A DNA stretch of 64,000 nucleotides from Candidatus Babeliales bacterium (GCA_963722075.1 CAVRJM010000001.1:1216001-1280000), one strand, 5' to 3'; numbered from the stretch's first letter, positions 21,401-31,127 are shown. The notes: generated by a model not told the origin, from the sequence alone. A program made the numbers and translations.

Positions 21401-24400
21401 CTGCAAATGCGCCAACAACAGGCCAAGTATTGCAAGCAACATCACCAACAACACTCACCTGGGCATCGGTAGGCGGCTCACCAGCAATAGCAGAAACCTA
21501 TTATGTTTCCCTTGCTGGTAGCGATAGTAATGATGGGTCTTTCTCGGCGCCATTTAGAACGGTAACTCATGCGGTGAACGTAGCTAATGGCGTAGCTAGT
21601 CTTGCTAATCCTATTGTTATTAATGTGGGTGCCGGTAATTTTGTTGAAAATAATACCGGTGGGCCAATTATTATTTCTGCTGATGGCATTAGTATTGTGG
21701 GGGCTACGCTTGTAGCTACTACCATTATACCAGCAAGTAGTACTGTCGATTTATTTCATATAACAACAGGCAATGTTGAATTTCAAAATATATCATTGAC
21801 GACACCGTTTCCTGGCTCTACAGCAAGTGCCGTTGTTATTACTATTTCGTCGGGGACGCCCCAATTTAATACTATAACAGTGGGGCAATTCCAAATGGGA
21901 TTTGACTTAAGCAGCTCAGTAATAACAAACATTCCTACTGTGGTATTTGAAAATATGCAATGTGCCGGTAATGGTACGAATATTATAGCTAATAATATCA
22001 ATGCGGTGATTAAAAATTCTGTATTCCAAGGGCCATTATTCTTTGGGAGTGCAGCAAATAACGGCATTATATTAACAGGTGCAAACACACAAGCATTAAT
22101 TTTAAGTTGCGCATTAAAATCATTTGACAATGCGCTACAAATTACCAACGCTGCACAAGCACGAATTCTCAGTGTTGATATTGAAAGCTCTACCACAGGC
22201 ATTTTGTGCAATGGTGTATCAGATGCTTCAATTATTGGTTGTAATTTCTTTATCAATAATGCAAATTCGATCAACGTAAGTGTCTCAGGAGCAGGTACCA
22301 ATATTACAGTAGAAGGTTCTCACTTTGAAGGATCTCTTGCGGGTGATACGCCATTGGGTACTGCACTTCAAGTAATTAATGGAGCAGTACTTTCAGTTGA
22401 TTCTTGTGCTATCGAAAATGTTGCGGTAGGAATTCAATGTGGTAATCCGGGTGATACGGTTACCACATTCTTAGAAGCAAGCGGTGTCGTTCTATCTGGC
22501 TGTACGGTAGATATTCAGCAAAATGGTGCTTCAAAACTTAATTTTTTTAGCGGCGTAGTTGATATCGATAAAACATTTATAAACGACCCAACCAATGTGA
22601 GTATTGCTGCATTTAATGATCAATCAGAATTAGTAATAGGGTCAGGAGCTAATACTGAACACCTGCTTTATGAGGTGCTTAATGGTCAAGTGCCAAGACC
22701 AAGTCTTACCTATGAGCCGGATTATTATGGAAAAATGGGTACGGTATTTGTAAATAGTAATACGGGACAAACATTTAATGCAACGCAAGCACAAAGTGAT
22801 AATGCTGCCTATTTTGTAATTACCGGCGATAACACTAAAGAAGCAGGACTTAATTTATTTTCAGATACTGCAAATTTTGGTGATCCAGATAATGTACGCG
22901 GGTGGGGAATCATAAAAACAGGGACATCTGCCGATTTAGCATTTACCTATACTAATAATGATTCGTCAGGACAAGCATTACGCGGTTCTAATACCGTGAT
23001 GCAGCTCAATGGCTTTGATAATCAAGTAGAATTTCCTATTGCAACGAATGCACCATTGCCAACTAATACGGTAGCAAAATTGATATGGGCTGGAGACACC
23101 GATTTATATCGCTCAACTACAGCAACGTTAGCAACGGATAGTAATTTTGTGGTTGCGCAGAACGTAACCATTTCAAGTTTAACACCGGCTGGCGTAGTGC
23201 ATAATGATAATACTGGTTTGCTTTCGACATCATTAATTGTAGACGCCGATATTAGCGCAAGTGCAAATATTGCTGATACAAAATTGGCAACGATTAGCAC
23301 GCCCGGTAAAGTAGCAAATTCCGCTACTACAGCAACCAGTTCAGATGTGCCAAATACTATTGTGCTTCGCGATGGGTTAGGAAATTTTGAAACCAACATG
23401 ATTACCATTGATGGAACTGTTAGTAATCCAACTGATGTTGCAACAAAGCAATATGTGGATAATGCAGTAACAACCGGATTTGTGGTAAAGACAGCTGCTT
23501 TAGTGACCAGCACCGTTGATGTTGCCATTAGTGGGTTACAAACAGTTGATGGTGTGATGCTGACCACCAGCGATCGAGTATTATTAGTTGGGCAAACAGA
23601 TGGCGTAGAAAACGGATTATGGCTCGCTGAAGTAGGAAATTGGATGCGCCCAACTGATTTTTCTAGTGGTACTTCGGCTGGTAATTCATATGTACTTACC
23701 CTTTCAGGTACCGTAAATGGCGGGTCCAGTTGGATTTGTATTACGCCAACATCAATTATAGATACTAATACGATAGAATTTACTCAATTTGCATTAGCAA
23801 GCCAAACTACCGGCGCCAATGTGGGAGCAGGTACGGGGCAAGTGTTTCAAAGTAAAACCGGAAATGTGTTGAATTTCAGAACACTTCTTGCCGGAACTCA
23901 TATGGTAATAACAACTGACCCAAATGATGTAGCAATCGCAACTGATGCAACAAGCGCGAATACACCAAATACGCTTGTGGCGCGTGATGCCTCGGGAAAT
24001 TTTGCTGCCGCGACTATTACGGCAAATTTATCGGGTAATGCTTCAACCGCAACATCCGCCACCAATTTTACCGGGGCGCTTGCTGGTGATGTTACTGGAA
24101 CACAAGGAGCAACGGTGGTAAATTTTGTGGGTGGGCAAAGTGCAGCCAATGTTTCTTCAGCAACGGTAGCAGCAAATGCAGCAACCAATTCTAATACACC
24201 AAATACGATCGTATTGCGCGATGGATCTGGTAATTTCTCAGCAGGCACGATTACGGCAAATCTCACCGGAAATGTTACCGGGAACTTAACTGGTAATGCC
24301 ACAACTGCAACTAATGCAACGACGGCGGTAAATTTCAGCGGTTCGCTAAATGGAGATGTAACCGGAACGCAAGGCGCAACGGTAGTGAGCAACGTTGGTG

Positions 24401-26652
24401 GGCAAAGTGCTGCAAATGTAGCGGCAGCTACGGTGCTTGCAAGTGCATCCACAAGTGCAGATACGCCAAGTACTATTGTGCGCAGAGATGCATCAGGAAA
24501 TTTCTCAGCTGGTACAATCACCGCAAATTTAAATGGTAATGCAACCACCGCAACTACGGCAACTACTGCAACAACTGCCGGATCGGCAATAAATTTTACG
24601 GGATCACTCAGTGGCGATGTAACGGGTACACAGGGAGCAACGGTGGTGAGTTTTGTTGGTGGGCAAAGCGCAGCAAGCGTAGCAGCAGCAACGACATTAG
24701 TTGGAACGGCAACGAGTAATAATATTCCAAGCACCTTAGTATTGCGTGATACATCAGGGAATTTTAGTGCCGGCACGATTACAGCGAATTTATCAGGGAA
24801 TGCAACCACCGCAACAACTGCAACCAATTTTACCGGATCGTTATCGGGTGATGTAACGGGCACGCAAAGTGCTACGGTGGTAAGTACCGTTGGTGGGCAA
24901 AGTGCAGCAAATGTTGCTTCAGCAACGGTGGCAGCAAATGCAGCAACCAATTCTAATACAGCAAACACCATTGTAAAACGTGATGCGTCAGGAAACTTTA
25001 GTGCTGACACAATAACGGCAAATTTAACAGGTAACGTGACGGGTAATTTAAGTGGTAATGCCACCACGGCAACAACAGCCGGATCGGCAACAAACTTTAC
25101 CGGATCACTTGAAGGAGATGTAACCGGAACCCAAGGTGCTACGGTAGTAAGTTCAGTTGGTGGGCAAACAGCAGCAAACGTGGCAGCAGCCACCGTGCTT
25201 GCCAATGCTGCAACCAACGCTGATACGCCAAGCACTATTGTACGCCGTGATGCATCAGGTAATTTTAGTGCAGGTACAATTACTGCAAGTCTAAATGGTA
25301 ATGCTACCACAGCAACCACAGCAACTAGTGCGACAACGGCAACTACCGCAACAAATTTCACTGGATCACTGAGCGGCGATGTAACGGGAACACAAGGTGC
25401 AACGGTGGTTAGTTTTGTGGGTGGGCAAAGCGCAGCAAGCGTAGCAGCAGCAACGTCACTGGTAAATACTGCTACCAGCAATAATGTAGCAAATACCATT
25501 GTAAAACGTGATGCATCAGGAAACTTTAGTGCTGGCACCATTACAGCAAATTTAACCGGTAATGCAACCACTGCGACAACAGCAACCAATTTTAGCGGAT
25601 CGCTATCAGGTGATGTAACGGGCACGCAAGGTGTAACGGTGGTAAGTACTGTTGGTGGGCAAAGTGCCGCCAATGTAGCATCAGCAACGGTGGCAGCAAA
25701 CGCAGCAACGAATGCAGATACCGCAAGCACCATTGTAAAACGAGATGCATCAGGCAATTTTAGCGCTGGCACGATCACCGCAAATCTTACTGGTAACGTT
25801 ACGGGGAATTTGAGCGGTAATGCAACCACGGCAACAACAGCCGGATCGGCAACAAACTTTACCGGCTCACTTTCAGGAGATGTAACCGGTACGCAAAGTG
25901 CAACGGTGGTCAGTTCAGTTGGCGGACAAAGTGCGGCAAATGTAGCAGCAGCTACCGTACTTGCCAATGCAGCAACAAGTGCTAATACGCCAAGTGCTAT
26001 TGTGCGTCGTGATGCTTCGGGGAACTTCTCTGCGGGTGTTATTACGGCATCGCTTACGGGTGGTGTACTGACGGGGAATTTAACCTTGCCAGCAGGAACG
26101 GCAGCAGTGCCATCATTACAATTTTCAGGAAGTACTAATACCGGTATATCAGCACCGGCAGCAAATACGCTATCACTTGATACCAATGGCACCCAGCGGT
26201 TGAGTATTGATTCCACCGGAAGTGTTACGTACCATTCCAATTATAAAATGTATGCTTATTTATCATCAAATCAAACTGTTAATGATACTACCGCAACGAT
26301 TATTTTTAATACCGAATTATTTGATACCAATTCTAATTATAATAATACTACTGGTGTATATACGGTACCAGTGACGGGAGTTTACCTAGTTGGCGTTACG
26401 GTGAATACCCAATCTTCTCATTCATCAGGTGCAACCCAAACGGTGAATATTGGACTAAACGGGACAACTCCAATAACAGGAGCTTCTGTTTCACAAATTT
26501 CAAACTCAAGTGCTCAAAAATTGCCGATGACTTTATGCATATTGCTTTCATTAACGGCTGGCAATACTATTCAAGTTCAATATACTACAAATCAGGACGA
26601 TACGATTCAGTCGGGTGATACGCATTTGGCGATTCATTTTATGTCATTCTAA
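15436..26652 (+). CDS. Giant (3738 aa) secreted phage-tail-fibre-like adhesin with three DUF1565-like/beta-helix modules and a C-terminal C1q-like domain
   Basis: Signal peptide; NPTDVATKQYVD and SGLQTIDGV..DRVLL fibre motifs twice; YYV...GSD.N.GS...PFRTV.HA three times; many IVxRDxSGNFSAGTITA repeats; FNTELFDTNSNYNNTTGVYTVPVTGVY C1q signature. Confidence 0.85.
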   Translation: MQFFLLILLTFFVSLYSEGSLKELSSQNSFIEIGVVRAPRPSTTEGGFIGLAGLFTTTPSITEIENIVFNSGFIQGPIASTIDAVPRFANTTGNLLKNSLVLVDDAGNITINGITKNGNTVSWPSIVGAAGTFLGSDGVGNLIYSTPVGSGNVSTALPFTTNDAITTVDILSGSHDIKQTSVTIDSSDNINGINSLNANVVNAPALNGNATSATTAGSFTGVLAGDVTGPQSATVVNFVGGQSAANVAAATVLANAATSSDVPNTLVLRDGSGNFETNMITIDGTVTNPTDVATKQYVDDAVLTGFVIKAPAVAYGASNITLSGLQTIDGVALNSNDRVLLNAQTNPVQNGLWLAQVGAWTRPADFASGTQAERSYVLITLGTVFEGSSWVCATPNAIIDTDPITFIEFSLPNQTTGANVGVGQGQIFQSKTGNTLNFRTILAGPHIVVTNDPNDVMISTDATNADTPNTIVLRDGSGNFSASTITAALTGAASLNVLKAGDTMTGNLNLALQSQLRLQDSTGSGSYVGLDAPAVVPVSYTVNLPASAPTTGQVLQATSPTALQWATVGGSTISEAYYVELSGSDANNGSFSAPFRTVAHAVNVANGVASLANPIVIHVGAGIFVENNSGGPITISADGISIVGSSNSGTTIVPTSLTNDLFNIAAANVEFDNFTISISNSTSTGNAITLSTSSAGLATFNTITIIGAFNNGFNLSTSVGSSSVAFNNILTGGCTTAISLNNMQCVIKNSLFQGSLTTTPANTGFSITGTNSIIYVLGSLLRLCNTALSITGGANIHVIGTTIESSINGIVANGGSIVEMVGDNFSFNSPSSINVFASGANTNVTVDGCQFACADMAGNSQGTAVQATNQGTILLVGSSIEYAVLGIQCGAVSDTSATSIRANATTLIGCTTDIQQLGSSTFRFVGGVFDVNKISIANATNVTFAAFDRTNNETLALGSNADTNQTLFEVLNAQPTLPYLQYMSNYYGAKGPVYVNPNADPTLNGVQAQSNNASYFVVTGDNTKQTGINLFSDTANFGNSDNIRGWGITKVGSSAALTFVYTNNDSSGQALRGSNTVMQLNGFDNQVEFPLATNAPLPTNTVAKLVWAGDTDLYRSAANTLQTDGNLVVGSLTPAGVVHNNNTGLLSTSLIVNADISNSAGITDNKLATISTPGKVANSATTATSANVPNTIVLRDGSGNFAAGTITASLIGAASLNVLKTGDTMTGNLLMANQSQLQFQDSTSGNYVAIDAPTTVAATYTVSLPATAPLSGQVLQATSPTTLTWASVGGSPAVAKTYYVALNGNDSNDGSFDAPFRTVAHAVSVANGVASSANPIEISIIGAGIFIENNSGGPITVTAEGINIIGSSNQATIIMPTTAANDLFSIVVPSAKFEAFQVALSGVGSTGNAVTYNAGPIGVVTIDRVAVNGSFNNAFAINATSGTPTIILNNILCGGCVNAISITNAQCVIKNSIFQGSLTASPANNGISITGTNAIVFCLSNVFKLFANAISVTGGASVRILGSNFESTTNGLAALGDSNLTIVGCNFILNNPSSINIAAAGANTAITVDGCQFQCNDATGNPQGTALKVTTGASILAVGSSITNAVVGIQCGTAGDANTTVMRANATTLIGCTTDIVQTSSSALFFIGGVFDSNKLSFANPANVSFSAFDRTNNDALTLGNDADTNQMLIQVLNGESLFPNWAYRSNYYGTKGVVYENQNSDATFNGVQAQSNNASYFVVTGNNAAQASINLLSDTANFGNPNSENVRGWSIVKTGTSADLAFTYTNNDSSDQALRGSNTVMQLNGFDNQVEFPIATNAPLPTNAVAKLVWAGDTDLYRSTTATLATDGNLIVGALTPAGVVHNSNTGLLSTSLIVNADISPAAGITDDKLATISTPGKVANSATTATSADTPNTIVLRDGSGNFAAGAITASLIGAASLNVLKTGDTMTGNLLMANQSQIQFQDSTSGNYVAIDAPTTVAATYTVSLPANAPTTGQVLQATSPTTLTWASVGGSPAIAETYYVSLAGSDSNDGSFSAPFRTVTHAVNVANGVASLANPIVINVGAGNFVENNTGGPIIISADGISIVGATLVATTIIPASSTVDLFHITTGNVEFQNISLTTPFPGSTASAVVITISSGTPQFNTITVGQFQMGFDLSSSVITNIPTVVFENMQCAGNGTNIIANNINAVIKNSVFQGPLFFGSAANNGIILTGANTQALILSCALKSFDNALQITNAAQARILSVDIESSTTGILCNGVSDASIIGCNFFINNANSINVSVSGAGTNITVEGSHFEGSLAGDTPLGTALQVINGAVLSVDSCAIENVAVGIQCGNPGDTVTTFLEASGVVLSGCTVDIQQNGASKLNFFSGVVDIDKTFINDPTNVSIAAFNDQSELVIGSGANTEHLLYEVLNGQVPRPSLTYEPDYYGKMGTVFVNSNTGQTFNATQAQSDNAAYFVITGDNTKEAGLNLFSDTANFGDPDNVRGWGIIKTGTSADLAFTYTNNDSSGQALRGSNTVMQLNGFDNQVEFPIATNAPLPTNTVAKLIWAGDTDLYRSTTATLATDSNFVVAQNVTISSLTPAGVVHNDNTGLLSTSLIVDADISASANIADTKLATISTPGKVANSATTATSSDVPNTIVLRDGLGNFETNMITIDGTVSNPTDVATKQYVDNAVTTGFVVKTAALVTSTVDVAISGLQTVDGVMLTTSDRVLLVGQTDGVENGLWLAEVGNWMRPTDFSSGTSAGNSYVLTLSGTVNGGSSWICITPTSIIDTNTIEFTQFALASQTTGANVGAGTGQVFQSKTGNVLNFRTLLAGTHMVITTDPNDVAIATDATSANTPNTLVARDASGNFAAATITANLSGNASTATSATNFTGALAGDVTGTQGATVVNFVGGQSAANVSSATVAANAATNSNTPNTIVLRDGSGNFSAGTITANLTGNVTGNLTGNATTATNATTAVNFSGSLNGDVTGTQGATVVSNVGGQSAANVAAATVLASASTSADTPSTIVRRDASGNFSAGTITANLNGNATTATTATTATTAGSAINFTGSLSGDVTGTQGATVVSFVGGQSAASVAAATTLVGTATSNNIPSTLVLRDTSGNFSAGTITANLSGNATTATTATNFTGSLSGDVTGTQSATVVSTVGGQSAANVASATVAANAATNSNTANTIVKRDASGNFSADTITANLTGNVTGNLSGNATTATTAGSATNFTGSLEGDVTGTQGATVVSSVGGQTAANVAAATVLANAATNADTPSTIVRRDASGNFSAGTITASLNGNATTATTATSATTATTATNFTGSLSGDVTGTQGATVVSFVGGQSAASVAAATSLVNTATSNNVANTIVKRDASGNFSAGTITANLTGNATTATTATNFSGSLSGDVTGTQGVTVVSTVGGQSAANVASATVAANAATNADTASTIVKRDASGNFSAGTITANLTGNVTGNLSGNATTATTAGSATNFTGSLSGDVTGTQSATVVSSVGGQSAANVAAATVLANAATSANTPSAIVRRDASGNFSAGVITASLTGGVLTGNLTLPAGTAAVPSLQFSGSTNTGISAPAANTLSLDTNGTQRLSIDSTGSVTYHSNYKMYAYLSSNQTVNDTTATIIFNTELFDTNSNYNNTTGVYTVPVTGVYLVGVTVNTQSSHSSGATQTVNIGLNGTTPITGASVSQISNSSAQKLPMTLCILLSLTAGNTIQVQYTTNQDDTIQSGDTHLAIHFMSF

Positions 26653-26706
26653 TTAAAAATCAAGAGAAAAGTTTCTATATCATTTCCCTTGATTTTAAGA
26701 TAGATA

Positions 26707-27150
26707 TTACTTTTTGCGCGGTTTAATTTTCTTGCTAAAATACTCTTGACTAAATTCTTCACTGGTTTGGTATCCGTCTACTTCTCCTTCACCATCTTGA
26801 TAGCGAATAGAATTGTTCTTCTTGCAGCATTGAGAAAATGTTTTTGCCATCTCACAACTGCGAAATATACAACATGATACTATCCCTACCGAAAGACCGA
26901 AGACGCTTCCCGTGAATAAAACCAGGGGATCTATATCCGTATATTTATAAAATACTAACGCTTCTAGCGTTACTGCTGCGGTAAGAGAAGTTCCTGCGCC
27001 GAATATTTTCCATAGCCACGCCACTTGAGCAGACCGTTGACTATTAGAGGCAGTTGAATCAACCGTATAATCTTCATCTATATATGGTTCCATTCCATAG
27101 TTAAGAGTGCTATAAAAAAATAAACAAACAAGAAAAAAGTTTTTTTTCAT
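26707..27150 (-). CDS. Hypothetical signal-peptide/membrane protein
   Basis: Start MKKNFF with AAGGGG RBS; signal followed by YGME; two hydrophobic segments. Confidence 0.65.
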   Translation of the reverse strand: MKKNFFLVCLFFYSTLNYGMEPYIDEDYTVDSTASNSQRSAQVAWLWKIFGAGTSLTAAVTLEALVFYKYTDIDPLVLFTGSVFGLSVGIVSCCIFRSCEMAKTFSQCCKKNNSIRYQDGEGEVDGYQTSEEFSQEYFSKKIKPRKK

Positions 27151-27262
27151 TATGATCCCCTTTTTATTTGCCCTAAAATCTCTATTAGTATATTTCTTCT
27201 GATGAGATAAAATCAGCAATTTAAAAAGAAGAGGTATATTTTTCGTTTGTAGCTTTATTTTA

Positions 27263-27988
27263 TTATTTTAAAATTGTTTGTTTGATTTCAAAAATTTTCT
27301 TAAAAAGTTCAAGGTCTTCTTGATGAGTAAATACAAAATATACTTTTTTAATGAAATGGTGCTTTCGTTGTGTTTCATTGATAATCGTCTTTATAGCAAT
27401 TTCAGCGGCTTCTTGTTTGGGGAATCCATAAATGCCACTTGAAATAAAGGGGAAGGCTATAGATTCATTCTCTTTATATTCCCCGGCAGATCGAAAGGCT
27501 TCTTGGTAACAATTAATTAAAATCTGCTGTGCCTGTTTTTTATCTGAATAAGCCGAATAAATAGGCCCCACCGCATGTACAATGAACTTAATGCCGTAAT
27601 TAGCTTCTAAATTAAAACTCGGTGTTATAACGGCTTCTCCTGGCTCTATGCCTTTAGGAAAATGAGTTTTAATATATTCTTCTAGGGCGTGTGTTTTGCC
27701 TTGTGCAGCTTCAAAAATGGCGCCACAAACGCCGCCACCAGGTAATAGGTATTTATTGGCTGCATTTACAATAGCATCAATTGGCAACGTAGTAATATCT
27801 TTTTTGATCAATACAAAAGTAACCTTATTGATAATGAATTCATACTGATTAGCTGGTTGCGCTGTTGAGGCAACGGATTGGTGTTGAATAAGATATTCAG
27901 GATCTTTATGATGAAGTGCAAAATCAGGAAGAATGGCATGAGCGGTTTTAAATAAATGCAAAAAGAAAATAAATGTTAAAGATTTCAT
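27263..27988 (-). CDS. Macrodomain (MacroD-type ADP-ribose hydrolase) with N-terminal signal peptide
   Basis: DIT...DAIVNAAN..L.PGGGVCGAI, IVHAVGP and IAFPFISSGIYGFP motifs. Confidence 0.92.
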   Translation of the reverse strand: MKSLTFIFFLHLFKTAHAILPDFALHHKDPEYLIQHQSVASTAQPANQYEFIINKVTFVLIKKDITTLPIDAIVNAANKYLLPGGGVCGAIFEAAQGKTHALEEYIKTHFPKGIEPGEAVITPSFNLEANYGIKFIVHAVGPIYSAYSDKKQAQQILINCYQEAFRSAGEYKENESIAFPFISSGIYGFPKQEAAEIAIKTIINETQRKHHFIKKVYFVFTHQEDLELFKKIFEIKQTILK

Positions 27989-28112
27989 GATATCACCATT
28001 AAAAAAAACTAATTATTATTTCAGTATAGTTTCTATAAGAAGAAAAGAAAAATGGGTGTACTATTATGGATACAAAATAATTGTTTAAAAAAATAATAAA
28101 AAGGATTGAGAC

Positions 28113-29426
28113 TTGATTATTGATTATGCGAGCTCTTTAGTGCCAATAGCGGACTGCAAAAAACGGTTTGATACGTTATTGCCTGAAATTAATATCTGTA
28201 AAAAGATTATACAAGATCTTGATTATTCTTCTGGATATTCGTTTCTTAACTTGCCGCAACAAAACATAAAACCGATTATAGAAACAATTAATCAAAAAAA
28301 AGCATTAAAGCCGTCACTGCTCATTGTTATAGGTATTGGTGGGTCAAATTTGGGAACATTGGCGGTGCAGGAAGCATTATATGGAAAATTATATAATGAT
28401 AGTAATCCAGAAATAAAAATATATTATGCCGATACGGTTGATACAGAATATATGACCGCTTTACTAACGATAATGGAAAGCTACTTATCTCAACAAAAAG
28501 TAATCTTATTAAACGTGGTAACTAAATCAGGAACTACTACCGAGACGGTTGCCAATTTTGAGGTATTACTGGAGGTATTAATTAAATACTATCCAACTAA
28601 TTATCGTGATCATGTAGTAGTAACAACTGATAAAGATTCATTATTGTGGAATAAAACAATGGAAGAAGGATATACGCTTCTAGAGATACCACGCTTTGTT
28701 GGTGGTCGTTATTCAGTATTAAGCGTCGTTGGTTTATTTCCATTGGGGATGATCGGATGCGATATACAACAATTGCTCGCTGGGGCTCAATCGATGCTTG
28801 ATCGATGTACTTCTGCTACTTTTGAAGAAAATAAGGCGGCAACTACCGCAACTATTATGTATGAACAATATAAGCAATGCATTACAATACAAGACATGTT
28901 TTTATTTGTACTACAATTGGAAGGCTTGGGAAAATGGTATCGACAATTAATGGGTGAAAGTATCGGCAAAGAATTTGATAAGCATGATAATAAGGTTGAA
29001 ATCGGCATAACGCCTACGGTGTCAATTGGTTCAATTGATTTACATTCGGTGGGACAACTTTATTTAGGTGGTCCACATGATAAAAATAGTACTTTTGTTT
29101 CAGTCGAAAAGCACAAGAATAATCTTCTGGTACCAGCTGATGCTTCATTTGATACCTTGGTTCCGGGCATTAATAATAAATCTTTTGCTGAAATTATGGA
29201 TGCTATTTTGCAAGGCGTAAAAAAGGCATACCAAAAGCAACGAAGACCATTCATATCGATAACATTATCTGAATGCAATGAGTATTATATAGGTCAATTT
29301 TTACAATATAAAATGATAGAAATGGTGTATTTAGGTTACTTACTCAATATAAATCCTTTTGATCAACCAAACGTAGAATTATATAAAAAAGAAACGCGTA
29401 CCATTTTAAATAAAACAATTGTTTAA
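28113..29426 (+). CDS. pgi: Glucose-6-phosphate isomerase
   Basis: GIGGSNLG, TKSGTTTET, VGGRYSV, QLMGESIGK, DLHSVGQ and NPFDQPNVELYK motifs. Confidence 0.95.
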   Translation: MIIDYASSLVPIADCKKRFDTLLPEINICKKIIQDLDYSSGYSFLNLPQQNIKPIIETINQKKALKPSLLIVIGIGGSNLGTLAVQEALYGKLYNDSNPEIKIYYADTVDTEYMTALLTIMESYLSQQKVILLNVVTKSGTTTETVANFEVLLEVLIKYYPTNYRDHVVVTTDKDSLLWNKTMEEGYTLLEIPRFVGGRYSVLSVVGLFPLGMIGCDIQQLLAGAQSMLDRCTSATFEENKAATTATIMYEQYKQCITIQDMFLFVLQLEGLGKWYRQLMGESIGKEFDKHDNKVEIGITPTVSIGSIDLHSVGQLYLGGPHDKNSTFVSVEKHKNNLLVPADASFDTLVPGINNKSFAEIMDAILQGVKKAYQKQRRPFISITLSECNEYYIGQFLQYKMIEMVYLGYLLNINPFDQPNVELYKKETRTILNKTIV

Positions 29427-29542
29427 GTGTTTAAATTATTGCATACCCTTTATCTAACGATATACTCTTTTAATATTAAACAGGGCAAATGCATTAATGT
29501 TAAATATTTAAGCTAAAAAAATTAAAAAGTTTAATTTTTAAT

Positions 29543-29620
29543 CTGGATCCCCACGCTGCGCTCGGGACGACGATAGTGGAAAACAAAAGACGTTGTTGCG
29601 AGCTTGTCGAAGCAATCCAG
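29543..29620. repeat. REP/RPE-like element (two outward arms)
   Basis: CTGGATCCCCACGCTGCGCTCGGGACGACG...CGTTGTTGCGAGCTTGTCGAAGCAATCCAG. Confidence 0.75.
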
Positions 29621-29708
29621 CATTCTATTTAAACCTTTTGAATTCGATACTTTAAATGCGTTTACACCCTGGTACTAATCATTAATTATTTGCAAAAATG
29701 AGTTTTGT

Positions 29709-31127
29709 ATGGGTAATACGGGAATAACTAATAACGATGGTTTATTTATACTATTTGGTGCTACGGGTGATTTATCAAAACGACGAATTCTTCCAGCATT
29801 GTATGCATTAAGTTTTCAACATAAAATAGGAAACATTTCTATAATCGGGGTAGGGTTAGAAGACCGCTCTTCTTTAGAAGTAATAAATGCAAGTAAGCAG
29901 TATATTGAACATCTGGATTCGGCACATTGGGCAGCTTTTGAATCTAGATTTTTTTACTATCAAATGGATATAACAAAATCAACTGAATTTCAACAATTTA
30001 AACAATTTATTGAGCATCATGAAAAAGAGCATTCTTTTTTGGGTAATCGGTTGATATATTTAGCAGTTCATCCCAAATTTTTTGCGCCCATAACGCAACA
30101 ACTAGCGCAAATAAATCTTATCCAAAAAATGGCAAACTTGTCTGATACACCTTGGTGCCGCGTTGCATATGAAAAACCGTTTGGCCTTGATAAAAAATCT
30201 GCTCATGAAATAAATGAAACCATCGCGCATTATTTGCAAGAATTTCAGATATTTCGAGTTGATCATTATCTAGCCAAGGATATTATTGGCACTTTAGCTT
30301 TGCTACGCTTTACCAATTGCATTTTTGAGCCATTGTGGAATCATGAGCATATTGATTGGATTGAAATTGCATTAAGTGAGACAGTTGCAATGGGTGGTAG
30401 AGGTACTTTTTATGACGCCTGTGGTGCGCTTAAAGATGTAGTGCAAAATCATATGTTGCAAATTGTTGCCTTACTTGCGATGGAAGCTCCTGAATTCTTG
30501 AGTGGTGATTACATTCGTGAACAAAAATCACTCATTTTAAAAAAAATTGAGCCTGTGGATGGTTTTCTGGCGCAATATGATGGATATAGAGTTGAAGATG
30601 GGGTAAGGCCCAATTCAACTACCGAAACCTTTGCAGCACTTAAATTATTAATTCATACACCGCGATGGAAAGATGTTCCGTTTTATTTAAGAACGGGCAA
30701 AGCATTAAACAAAAAAGAAACTATTATTACTATTCAATTTAAACCAGTTACCTGCTTATTAAGTACCAATTGCCCCAGCAATGCTGATTACCTTTCTATA
30801 AGAGTAATGCCTGAACCAGGATTTTCTATTATGTTAAATGTTAAAAAACCGGGTATGAAAATTGAAGTGATGCCAGTTGAAATGGATTTTTGTTATGAAT
30901 GTAAATTTGGCGAAATACCCGAAAATGTATATCAACTAGTACTACAAGAATTATTTATAGGCGAACAAGGGATATCGGTGCGCTTTGATGAAGTTGAGCG
31001 TGCTTGGGAGATCATTGATAAGGTAAAAAAATTATCATTACCATTGTATCATTATGAAAAAGGCACTCAAGGGCCACGAGAATTGTATGAATTTGCTCAA
31101 AAAAATAAAATGAAATGGCGATTATGA
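29709..31127 (+). CDS. zwf: Glucose-6-phosphate 1-dehydrogenase
   Basis: FGATGDLSKR, EKPFG, RVDHYLAK, DVVQNH and PFYLRTGK motifs. Confidence 0.95.
   Translation: MGNTGITNNDGLFILFGATGDLSKRRILPALYALSFQHKIGNISIIGVGLEDRSSLEVINASKQYIEHLDSAHWAAFESRFFYYQMDITKSTEFQQFKQFIEHHEKEHSFLGNRLIYLAVHPKFFAPITQQLAQINLIQKMANLSDTPWCRVAYEKPFGLDKKSAHEINETIAHYLQEFQIFRVDHYLAKDIIGTLALLRFTNCIFEPLWNHEHIDWIEIALSETVAMGGRGTFYDACGALKDVVQNHMLQIVALLAMEAPEFLSGDYIREQKSLILKKIEPVDGFLAQYDGYRVEDGVRPNSTTETFAALKLLIHTPRWKDVPFYLRTGKALNKKETIITIQFKPVTCLLSTNCPSNADYLSIRVMPEPGFSIMLNVKKPGMKIEVMPVEMDFCYECKFGEIPENVYQLVLQELFIGEQGISVRFDEVERAWEIIDKVKKLSLPLYHYEKGTQGPRELYEFAQKNKMKWRL

Noticed and set aside
23898..26240. 780-aa antisense ORF inside the giant adhesin
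   Set aside because: A by-product of Ala/Thr/Gly/Asn codon bias that removes stops on the opposite strand
15436..26652. Prophage, suggested by tail-fibre motifs
   Set aside because: No capsid, terminase, integrase or other phage genes; the protein has a Sec signal peptide
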